Assembly (NCBI GenBank): GCA_043813365.1
Contig: JBDRLB010000020.1
Span: 1 to 29,069 of the forward strand
Length of the DNA: 29,069 bases
Direction: 5' to 3'
Source: Candidatus Micrarchaeota archaeon
Lineage (GTDB): Archaea; Micrarchaeota; Micrarchaeia; Norongarragalinales; SBBD01
The position numbers and the translations under genes are program-made. The notes under the pieces are model-generated. The model saw nothing but the letters and a program-made list of their open reading frames with translations, made no database searches and was not told the DNA's origin. Of this stretch, positions 6,417 through 14,059 are shown one piece after another (position 1 is the stretch's first letter; each line of letters opens with the position of its first letter).

Positions 6417-6740
6417 ATGGCAGTCAAGCTCTCGCAGCTGATAGGAATGGACATCTACACGGATACCGCGGTTTTCGTGGGAAAGGTTTACGATGTGATA
6501 CTTGATTTGCAGAAAGGCGAAGTTGTGAGGCTCACCCTCGAACCAATAAAGGTTGCAAGCAAGGAGGAGGCGAAGCGCGTATTCCGCGAAAAAACCATCC
6601 TTTACCGCTCAGTGAAGGCCGTCGAGAAGATCATCATCGTCTCCTCAACGGGCAGCGTAGGCGCGGACCTTATTGAAGAGGATGAGAAGCCAGCCACACC
6701 GGAAAAGCCGATGCCCTATTCCTACAGGTACAGGAAATAA
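6417..6740 (+). CDS. PRC-barrel domain protein
   Basis: KLSQLIGMDIYTDTAVFVGKVYDVILDLQKGEV..ILYRSVKAVEKIIIV pattern; AGGTG SD-like motif before ATG 6417. Confidence 0.85.
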   Translation: MAVKLSQLIGMDIYTDTAVFVGKVYDVILDLQKGEVVRLTLEPIKVASKEEAKRVFREKTILYRSVKAVEKIIIVSSTGSVGADLIEEDEKPATPEKPMPYSYRYRK

Positions 6741-7187
6741 ATGGCCGCACCCACCTACCAAAACGGCTCCGAAGAAACCCCATTGGGAGCAACGCAGCAA
6801 AGGATGCGGAAGCAGATATTTGACGAAGCCGAAAAGCACGGCATCAAACCCCTGATAGCAGAGAAAATTACCTACCTCCTTACCCATACGGAGGTTGTGC
6901 CCACCCGATTTTCCATCGGGAAGATAATGGACAAAATCAAAAGCCAAATTGCCGCCGGCAACATTGTCGATGATAAGAAACTCATGAACGTCGCAGGCTT
7001 CTACCTTACCTACGAGCATATCGATAACGGACGGGTCATCCAGGAAAATAAATTCTCCCGTCCAAGGGCTTTCCCTGATTCGAAACTGATCTTATCGGGA
7101 AGGAAACTCAAATTGGAGATTCCCATCAGGAATAGGGAGTATATTCTAGAACAGCTTGCGAGAATAAATACGGTCAGACAACCCTGA
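6741..7187 (+). CDS. Hypothetical protein (148 aa)
   Basis: Starts immediately after the PRC-barrel stop (TAA ATG); no family recognised. Confidence 0.65.
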   Translation: MAAPTYQNGSEETPLGATQQRMRKQIFDEAEKHGIKPLIAEKITYLLTHTEVVPTRFSIGKIMDKIKSQIAAGNIVDDKKLMNVAGFYLTYEHIDNGRVIQENKFSRPRAFPDSKLILSGRKLKLEIPIRNREYILEQLARINTVRQP

Positions 7188-7575
7188 GCTCGATCTTCTT
7201 CCTTATCTCATTCAGGATGTAGCTGTAATCCCTGTAATGCGAAATCGCATAAATCAGGACCGGATACGACCCTTTCGGGACCCTCTGGCCGGAAAACACC
7301 TGCAGCTTCACGTCCTTGAGTTCCCTTGGCGCCAACGTCCCCAGCCTGATTTCCCTTTGCTGCATGAACGCTGATTTGTCCAGGCCGAGCGGCTTCGGGA
7401 CCTGCACAACAATAGAAGTGAGCATCTCCCTTTCCGCAACATTGGTTATTTTGATCTCCAAATCAATGGAATCCGCGCGGTGCGCATTCAGCTTGAACGG
7501 GTGGAACTCTGCCGTGAGCTCATAAATCGTGCCGTGGGAGATGTCTTTTTTTCCAAATAAGTCGAAAATCCCCAT
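7174..7575 (-). CDS. Hypothetical Ig-like beta-sandwich protein (133 aa)
   Basis: Alternating beta pattern IDLEIKITN..LGTLAPRELKDVKLQV..GSYPVLIYA, typical of single Ig-fold archaeal proteins. Confidence 0.65.
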   Translation of the reverse strand: MGIFDLFGKKDISHGTIYELTAEFHPFKLNAHRADSIDLEIKITNVAEREMLTSIVVQVPKPLGLDKSAFMQQREIRLGTLAPRELKDVKLQVFSGQRVPKGSYPVLIYAISHYRDYSYILNEIRKKIELRVV

Positions 7576-7739
7576 AGAATCACCAAAAATAGCAGAACCT
7601 TAAACGTAAGTAAAACGGAATCAAGCTATTTAAAGTTATTGAACAAGGCCCATTTTTTGCTGCCTTTAAGCATACGCGCGTACAAGAGGCAAAGTTTTAA
7701 ACCGGTCAGCCCTAATTTCCAAAACAAAGGAGGAGCCAC

Positions 7740-8723
7740 ATGGGATTGACCGCATCCGTAACTATATTGCTAGTGTCCCTTTTGATACTGGGGCTGACAT
7801 CCAGCCGCACAGTTAGCCTCCTTACTGGCATCTCCACCCGGCTGAGGTTCCCAAAATTCCTGCTTTCTTTCGTCGTTCTTGGTTTGGGCACATCCCTCCC
7901 GGACCTGTTCGTCTCAACAGCTGCCGCATCCCAGAACCAGCCGGACTTAGTGCTCTCCACTATACTGGGCGCAAACATCATCGTCATCTGCCTCATCCTG
8001 GGCATCGTCACGATAATAAAAGGCAATTTCCGTGTCAGGGAGACCACAATCATCGACAACTTCGCCTACATTTTCCTTGTGCTTGCGATCCCGTTCTTCC
8101 TGCTTTTTGACGGCAAGCTCACCCAAACCGACGGGCTGATACTCGTAGTGATATATTTGATGTACATTTTCAACATCAGGGAGCAGGAGTCGATCGCTAA
8201 AAAAGAGGAGCAGGAAACCCACCAGATTTTCATCCAGGGGCTGAAGGTCAAGAGCCTGCCCCGTGCCTTTGGGGAGATGGTGCTTCTCCTCGTGATCGCC
8301 TACTTCTGCTCGAATTACATCGTCGACACCGCCATCAGCCTCGTCAATACCAGCCACATCAATCCGCTCATCATGGGCTTCACCATCCTCTCTTTGGGAA
8401 TTGCAATCCCCGAATTCGCAGTTGACCTGAGCGCCCTCCGGGCGCGTGAAGAGGAGGTAATCTGGGGAGACCTCATCGGGAGCTTCGTCACGGAGCTCAC
8501 TTTCATCCTCGGAGCAGCGGCCATTGTTGGGGGCACGATGGCATTCAACCTCAACTACTTCATCGTGCCATATGCATTCATGGTTTTTGCATTCCTTCTG
8601 GTTTTCTTTTTCGCATTCAAGAAGAAGGAGCTCGCCCGCAGGGAGGGCATCATACTCGTGGTGCTGTATTTCGTTTTCCTCGCGATGCAGATAGACCTCA
8701 TACTTTCGAATGCGGGGCAATAA
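7740..8723 (+). CDS. Sodium/calcium antiporter, CaCA (YrbG-like) family
   Basis: Two alpha repeats LGTSLPDL..LGANII and LGIAIPEF..LIGSFV; about 10 hydrophobic segments. Confidence 0.88.
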   Translation: MGLTASVTILLVSLLILGLTSSRTVSLLTGISTRLRFPKFLLSFVVLGLGTSLPDLFVSTAAASQNQPDLVLSTILGANIIVICLILGIVTIIKGNFRVRETTIIDNFAYIFLVLAIPFFLLFDGKLTQTDGLILVVIYLMYIFNIREQESIAKKEEQETHQIFIQGLKVKSLPRAFGEMVLLLVIAYFCSNYIVDTAISLVNTSHINPLIMGFTILSLGIAIPEFAVDLSALRAREEEVIWGDLIGSFVTELTFILGAAAIVGGTMAFNLNYFIVPYAFMVFAFLLVFFFAFKKKELARREGIILVVLYFVFLAMQIDLILSNAGQ

Positions 8724-8850
8724 TCGGCGGTTATTTTTTTCCCAAAATTAATCCCTCAGGCAATCTCCCAATCCATCAGAAGCCCCCATTTCGCGTTGCT
8801 CTTCATAAATACCTTTTTATACGGAAAACACCTAACGAAAGAGTGGTTTG

Positions 8851-9021
8851 ATGGACCAGAGAGGGCAGACTTCGACCGAATACATTTTGCTCGTCGCATT
8901 GGGGCTTGTCATAGTGCTAGCGGGCATCTCGATTGCCGCGCAGATAAAGGAGGTCGCCGACGTCATTTCCATCCGTATCGAGGCAGATAGGAACTCGATA
9001 ATCGGGATGTTCCTGGAATGA
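8851..9021 (+). CDS. Small type IV pilin with class III signal peptide (56 aa; absent from the ORF track)
   Basis: MDQRG|QTSTEYILLVALGLVIVLAGISIAAQIKEVADVISIRIEADRNSIIGMFLE*; directly upstream of the prepilin peptidase. Confidence 0.85.
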   Translation: MDQRGQTSTEYILLVALGLVIVLAGISIAAQIKEVADVISIRIEADRNSIIGMFLE

Positions 9022-9034
9022 TTAAGCTGAGGGA

Positions 9035-10096
9035 ATGGGCATGTGGGAATTTGCTTTGTTGCTATTCATCGCTCTCGTCTTCTATTTCGACCTCAAATCC
9101 CGCATCATACCCGACCCCATCAATTTCTTCTTCATGTTCCTCGCAATTGCGCTTACAATTTTCCAATACCGTTTTGACATCGATTTTCTCCTCTCGCAGT
9201 TTGCGCCCTTCTTCCTCCTCAACTTCGCATTCGCATATTTCCTCTACAGGCTGGGGGTCTGGGCCGGCGGGGATGTGAAATTCTTCACTGCAATAATGGC
9301 TTTCATGCCCCTTTACGGCGATTTCCGGATGCTCGCTGCCATTCCGGTCTTCCTCCTCTCCGCGTTCCTTCTCATTCCCATCACCCTCCTCTACCATCTT
9401 GATGACCTTCTGCTCCTCCGGCGCGACTTCCACCGCATATTCGTCAATTCAATTGTTTCCGCGGGAAGGGGTACGGTGCTCTCGTTCTCAGCATTGTTCA
9501 TAATCTCCCGCTTCTCCGAAGCGTATTCCTCCCCTCTGCTCGTGATTTTCTTCATCCTCCTCTCCTTCCTCATCCGGATCCCGTTCAAGTTCGCGCTTCC
9601 CTTAATGCTCCTTGGGCTGCTCTTCTTCCGGCTGAACGATTACCTATCACTCCTGCTTTTCCTTTTCTTTGCGGGCCTCGTGCTTCATCTGATGCAGCGC
9701 TCATTCAGCATGATTTTCAAAAGAATACTCACCAAACCCGTGCTTGTTTCCAAACTGCGCATCGGCGACATTCCTGCAGAAACCTATTTCCTCAGGAGGA
9801 AGAAGCTGGAAACGTGGTCCGCCAAGGATGCGCTCAGGCACGCAGCCGCATTGATTGAAAAAGGGAAGGCGCTCTCATTCGAGGCCGCGATGGACGCGCT
9901 AAAACCGAAGGGCACCATCATTGCGGATTCGCTAAAAGCGGCCGGAGTTTCCCTCTCCGAAATAAAAGAGTTAAAAAGGCTGAGGGTGAAACAGATTCTT
10001 GTGAAGGAAAGTTTGCCGTTCGCGCCAGTAATTGCGGCCGCATTCCTCCTTTACAAATACCTCGATATTCTCGTGATTTTGGGCATCGCCCGGTGA
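9035..10096 (+). CDS. A24 prepilin peptidase, EppA-like (extra TM segments)
   Basis: FDLKSRIIPD, WAGGDVKFF and C-terminal LPFAPVI motifs; many transmembrane helices. Confidence 0.88.
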   Translation: MGMWEFALLLFIALVFYFDLKSRIIPDPINFFFMFLAIALTIFQYRFDIDFLLSQFAPFFLLNFAFAYFLYRLGVWAGGDVKFFTAIMAFMPLYGDFRMLAAIPVFLLSAFLLIPITLLYHLDDLLLLRRDFHRIFVNSIVSAGRGTVLSFSALFIISRFSEAYSSPLLVIFFILLSFLIRIPFKFALPLMLLGLLFFRLNDYLSLLLFLFFAGLVLHLMQRSFSMIFKRILTKPVLVSKLRIGDIPAETYFLRRKKLETWSAKDALRHAAALIEKGKALSFEAAMDALKPKGTIIADSLKAAGVSLSEIKELKRLRVKQILVKESLPFAPVIAAAFLLYKYLDILVILGIAR

Positions 10097-10100
10097 AACC

Positions 10101-10520
10101 ATGTCAAAAGGCCAAGGCAGCATAGAATTCTTCCTGATAGCAGGATTCATCCTCCTTGCCACTTCCGTGCTGCTCAACCAGGCTGACAGGCAGATCCAGG
10201 GGACATCCGCTTTGAACAACGTGCTTGTCTCGAGGAGCGCACTTGATTTGGAGGCATCCGCCCTGAAATACGTCTACTATTCCGGCAACCAGACAGCCAT
10301 CACCCACCGGATATTCGTCCCAATTGGGGCGCAATGCTTTTACGTGCTCTCCGGGGAGGCGCGCATGTACTGCATCGTGCCCGGCGCTTCCAAGCGCGTT
10401 GTGGGGGAATACATCGACACCCCGATGCCCGTTGTTAACAATGCATGCTACCGGAGCGGCTGGATCACCGTCACAACGAGGAATGCGGGCGCCGGCTCAA
10501 TAGTAATGGATTGCGCGTGA
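10101..10520 (+). CDS. Pilin-like protein with class III signal peptide
   Basis: MSKG|QGSIEFFLIAGFILLA (Q+1, E+5, hydrophobic helix). Confidence 0.8.
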   Translation: MSKGQGSIEFFLIAGFILLATSVLLNQADRQIQGTSALNNVLVSRSALDLEASALKYVYYSGNQTAITHRIFVPIGAQCFYVLSGEARMYCIVPGASKRVVGEYIDTPMPVVNNACYRSGWITVTTRNAGAGSIVMDCA

Positions 10521-10527
10521 TTTTCCC

Positions 10528-10899
10528 ATGATGCTGAAAGCCCAATCTGCAGCCGAATATGTTACCCTGATGGCGCTCGTGTTCGTGCTTGTCGCATCCC
10601 TTATGCTTGTTGCTTTCCGGCAGCAGGAGGCGAACCTTGCCCTCTCCAGCGCAAGGATCAGCTGCATGGAATACAGCGGCCGCAACTCCTCCATTGCGTG
10701 CTATGAGATGCGCTACTACTACACCGGGCCGCAGAACATCACCATTGTCCCTGTATCGGACGTTGTCGCCCAGTACCAGAGGGACGAGCTCACAGCAATT
10801 ATGGTGGAAAACTGGGGCCAGATATTCAAGCCCGGCACCACTCCAGCCGGAAAATGCCTCACGGCCGCATATTATTCCTACTGCGTAGCATTCCCCTAA
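10528..10899 (+). CDS. Pilin-like protein with class III signal peptide
   Basis: MMLKA|QSAAEYVTLMALVFVLV (Q+1, E+5, hydrophobic helix); four Cys in the globular part. Confidence 0.78.
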   Translation: MMLKAQSAAEYVTLMALVFVLVASLMLVAFRQQEANLALSSARISCMEYSGRNSSIACYEMRYYYTGPQNITIVPVSDVVAQYQRDELTAIMVENWGQIFKPGTTPAGKCLTAAYYSYCVAFP

Positions 10900-10957
10900 T
10901 TTCTACGTCTAGACCTCACGGGTAGTAGAATTCAAAACATTTTTTAACTAAGTTCAC

Positions 10958-12007
10958 GTGCAATATAAGATTGGCGTGGTCGAAAAGGAAAAGTTATTGA
11001 GGGCTTTGGGATATTTTGGCAATATTTATTCAGGTAGCATAGGTTTAGGAGTTATCTATCTGATACTTTTATTTATCATACAATTCCTACCCGCGTACAA
11101 TAGTGTTTTTATCTACAATGTAATCAGCACCATCAACAAAGCCCTATTGCTACTGATTTTCCTCATCTCAATTTATTTACCAATAAAGATACTCAAAGAT
11201 GAGAAGGATAGATTTGTAACCTATGCGACTATCTTCATCTACACTTTTTGCTCAATGCTTATATCCTTCTTACTCTACTATTTGTCATTGATCGATTCAA
11301 GGAACCATCTATTGGAATGGTTAGGCTTATTTTCCCTATTCGTCTTATCTGCAAATCCCGGGGGCATGCTTTTAACGCTTAATTCGAATTTATGCACTTT
11401 TTCAATGCCCCTCCAGGGATGGGGCGTTGGGCAATGCATCGACTCTGGAATTTCTTACCCTTATGATTACCATATTATTGAATTCCTATTTGCCAATTTG
11501 ATCGCAGGAATAATGGCACTAGCCCTGCTCGTGCTGCTTATGAGATATCCTATTCTTGAAAAAATCGATGGTTTGAAGGAAATTCTGAAGCAAAACAAAA
11601 AAGGAATTGCTTTGGTAATTATATGCCTATTTCTTGTTGCCGCAATTGCATTTTACTCAAGCCTGCCTGTCCGGAATCCCAATTTAGTATTTTCCACCTC
11701 AAGATGCGTAAATTTTAATGAAGAATCCCCGACGGATTACCTGATATTGAACCAATCCAACCTCAATGTCAGCTGGAAAAACCAGACGACGTTGGTTATC
11801 GAAGGTATCATCGTAACTCATTGTGGTGGAGATAAGATAACGGGGGATTATTCTGTGGACGGCAATGAAATTACCTTGAAGAGTAAAGTTGAAATGGGTG
11901 CGATAGTTACGGGCTGCATATGCCCGCATAAGGTCACTTACGAACTCCTGAACCTAGAAAAAAAAGACTACTCCATTTCAGTTATATCCGATTTCCCCCG
12001 CAACTAG
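10958..12007 (+). CDS. Low-GC multi-pass membrane protein with C-terminal extracellular Cys-containing beta domain
   Basis: About 6 hydrophobic segments, then ..IVTHCGG..YSVDGNEITLK..GCICPHKVTYEL. GTG start uncertain. Confidence 0.7.
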   Translation: MQYKIGVVEKEKLLRALGYFGNIYSGSIGLGVIYLILLFIIQFLPAYNSVFIYNVISTINKALLLLIFLISIYLPIKILKDEKDRFVTYATIFIYTFCSMLISFLLYYLSLIDSRNHLLEWLGLFSLFVLSANPGGMLLTLNSNLCTFSMPLQGWGVGQCIDSGISYPYDYHIIEFLFANLIAGIMALALLVLLMRYPILEKIDGLKEILKQNKKGIALVIICLFLVAAIAFYSSLPVRNPNLVFSTSRCVNFNEESPTDYLILNQSNLNVSWKNQTTLVIEGIIVTHCGGDKITGDYSVDGNEITLKSKVEMGAIVTGCICPHKVTYELLNLEKKDYSISVISDFPRN

Positions 12008-12447
12008 TTCTTCCCCCTTCCCTTCGCTGCAACTTTCCGCTCCTTCCTCCTTACCAGCAAAAAGCAGATCCCAGCGGATGCAATCAGCCAAACAGTCACT
12101 GAAACTGATGATAGCACCAGCATCTTTTTCGCCGCATACGCCGCGAACTCCGTTATCGCTGCAGGCGAATTGACGATCCCGATGCCCGCGTTGATGCCCG
12201 CAATCCCTCCCTTCACGAACTCATTCAGCACAATCAGCGCAATGATCGCCATCGATATATTGTTCATCACAGCCGCAATCAGCGCAGCTTTCACCGCCTC
12301 AAACCAGTTCCTTGCCGCGAAGGATGAGCTCCCATACCTGATGAGGCTGTAAATCAGCATCAAAATTATGAGCGCCGCAAAATAGAACACCGTGAACGCG
12401 AGCAGCAGCACCAAACTCATTATTGTAAAATCAAGCGCACCAGCCAT
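12004..12447 (-). CDS. Hypothetical membrane protein (about 3 TM)
   Basis: Hydrophobic ORF with basic C-terminal tail. Start taken at MAGALDF (12447) to avoid overlap with the MarC gene. Confidence 0.65.
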   Translation of the reverse strand: MAGALDFTIMSLVLLLAFTVFYFAALIILMLIYSLIRYGSSSFAARNWFEAVKAALIAAVMNNISMAIIALIVLNEFVKGGIAGINAGIGIVNSPAAITEFAAYAAKKMLVLSSVSVTVWLIASAGICFLLVRRKERKVAAKGRGKN

Positions 12448-12520
12448 AAAAATTCCCCCATCGTCTTGAATGCCTGTTGGAAATCCGCTCCTAAACCCCT
12501 CCGTAACCAGGCAACCTTGT

Positions 12521-13108
12521 TCAGCCTCCCAGACCTCCCCTGATAAAGCCCACTGCAACTGCTATAAGCAAGAGCCCGAGCACCTTCGAGGAGATGTTCA
12601 CGACATTCTCCCCGAGCAGCCGGAATACTTTGCCCGAATTCAGCAAGATTACCCAATTCACGAATAGCGACACCAGCGCCGCGCACAGGGTCACCAGGAA
12701 CCCTTCAGAAGCGGAAAGCACAATGAGGCTCGTGATCACTCCGGGTCCCGTGATTAAAGGAACGCCAATTATAGTTGCAGCAACATGGTAATCCTTCCCC
12801 GGCTGCTCCCTTCTCCCGTACCCGAACACCAATTGTGCGCCAAGCACAAGCAGAACCGCGCCTCCCGCAATCCTAAAATCGTCGTAGCTTATCCTGAATA
12901 AGTCCAAAATGCCGTTCCCGAAGAATAGGAACACCAGCACCACTGCTGTTGCAGCAAGCAGCGCCTGATTTGCCGCCTTCACCCTGTTCTCCTCGGTGAA
13001 TTTCTTCGTCACAACTAGGAAGACGGGCAGCGAGCCGAACGGGTCCATGATCGCGAATATGAGCGCGAACGCCTTCAAAAACGACTCCAGCGGGAACAGC
13101 TCTAGCAT
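12521..13108 (-). CDS. MarC family membrane protein
   Basis: FAIMDPFGSLPVF, FRIAGG, GVPLITGPGVI, SKVLGLLLIAVAV motifs; start MLELF at 13108. Confidence 0.9.
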   Translation of the reverse strand: MLELFPLESFLKAFALIFAIMDPFGSLPVFLVVTKKFTEENRVKAANQALLAATAVVLVFLFFGNGILDLFRISYDDFRIAGGAVLLVLGAQLVFGYGRREQPGKDYHVAATIIGVPLITGPGVITSLIVLSASEGFLVTLCAALVSLFVNWVILLNSGKVFRLLGENVVNISSKVLGLLLIAVAVGFIRGGLGG

Positions 13109-13166
13109 GGTAGAAGCAGGGAAACGCAATATAAAAAACCGACGCATCGTAATTATTCGGGGCACT

Positions 13167-14054
13167 ATGGGAAATGCAATTGTGAAGCTGTTCTCGCGCG
13201 ATTTCAGCAAATCAGGTAAGATTTTCAGGCAGAAGGCGCAGCTTGCGCTTTCGGAGGATGCGAATAAGGACCTGACAACCAAAGCCCTGGGGCTGAAGGG
13301 CACCGCCTCCGCCTCCATAATCGCTGAAGAGCAAGGAATTCTCTGCGGCCTTTATGAAGCGAAAGCAGTTCTCTCCAACCTTCAACTCAAAACCAAATTC
13401 AACGAAGGCGACCTCATAAAAAAAGGCGACACCATACTTGAAATTAGGGGCGACATATCCGAAATCCTCCGCTGTGAACGCACTGCGCTCAATTACCTCC
13501 AAATTCTCTCAGGAATAGCAACCAAAACCCACCAGCTGTCCGCAACTCTTGGCCGTAATAAAATCGCAGCCCTCCGCAAGAACCACCCGCTGATGACCGA
13601 ATCCGAGAAAAGAGCTGTTCAAATCGGGGGCGGGCTTTCCCACCGCATTTCCCTCTCCGACGGCTACCTCATCAAGAACAACCACCTCGATTACCTCCGC
13701 AAAAAAATGGGTGTTTCCCCATCAGAAGCGGTCGCGTTTGCAATTGAAAAGCTCCTTTCAGCCCGCAAATCCCGCAGCATTTTCATCGAAATTGAAGTAA
13801 CCTCCAAAGAGGAGGCGCTTGCAGCCGCAACAACCCGCGCTGACGCTATTCTGCTCGATAATATGGAACCCTGGGAAGTAGATGAAATCGCAAAAGCAGT
13901 GCGCAAACTCAACAAGAACATCATCCTCGAAGCCAGCGGCGGCATCACTCCGGAACTGGCTGCGCGCTATTTGGTAGCCGGTGCAGATTTCGTAAGCATG
14001 AGCCACCTTGTTCTCCGGAACAAGCCGCTCTCGATGCACTTACGATTAGATTAG
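13167..14054 (+). CDS. nadC: Nicotinate-nucleotide pyrophosphorylase (quinolinate phosphoribosyltransferase) family protein
   Basis: ALSED..DLTT, ERTALNYLQILSGIATKT, HRISLSD..LIKNNH, IEIEV, ILLDNM, LEASGGIT, GADFVS motifs. Confidence 0.82.
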   Translation: MGNAIVKLFSRDFSKSGKIFRQKAQLALSEDANKDLTTKALGLKGTASASIIAEEQGILCGLYEAKAVLSNLQLKTKFNEGDLIKKGDTILEIRGDISEILRCERTALNYLQILSGIATKTHQLSATLGRNKIAALRKNHPLMTESEKRAVQIGGGLSHRISLSDGYLIKNNHLDYLRKKMGVSPSEAVAFAIEKLLSARKSRSIFIEIEVTSKEEALAAATTRADAILLDNMEPWEVDEIAKAVRKLNKNIILEASGGITPELAARYLVAGADFVSMSHLVLRNKPLSMHLRLD

Positions 14055-14059
14055 AATAG

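Noticed and set aside
7947..8720. 257-aa minus-strand ORF (and similar long shadow ORFs over the pur genes and Yip1)
   Set aside because: Antisense or off-frame shadows of well-supported genes, with no recognisable motifs.
8796..8990. 64-aa ORF upstream of the prepilin peptidase
   Set aside because: Off-frame to the pilin at 8851-9021, which has a clear class III signal peptide.
10898..10932. AATTTCTAC...GTAGAA resembling a Cas12a-type CRISPR repeat
   Set aside because: Single copy with the wrong loop length, no spacers and no cas genes; no CRISPR array was seen in the window.
12996..13318. Overlapping extended starts of the nadC and MarC ORFs
   Set aside because: Each extension is the antisense of the other gene; the plausible starts are 13108 (-) and 13167 (+).
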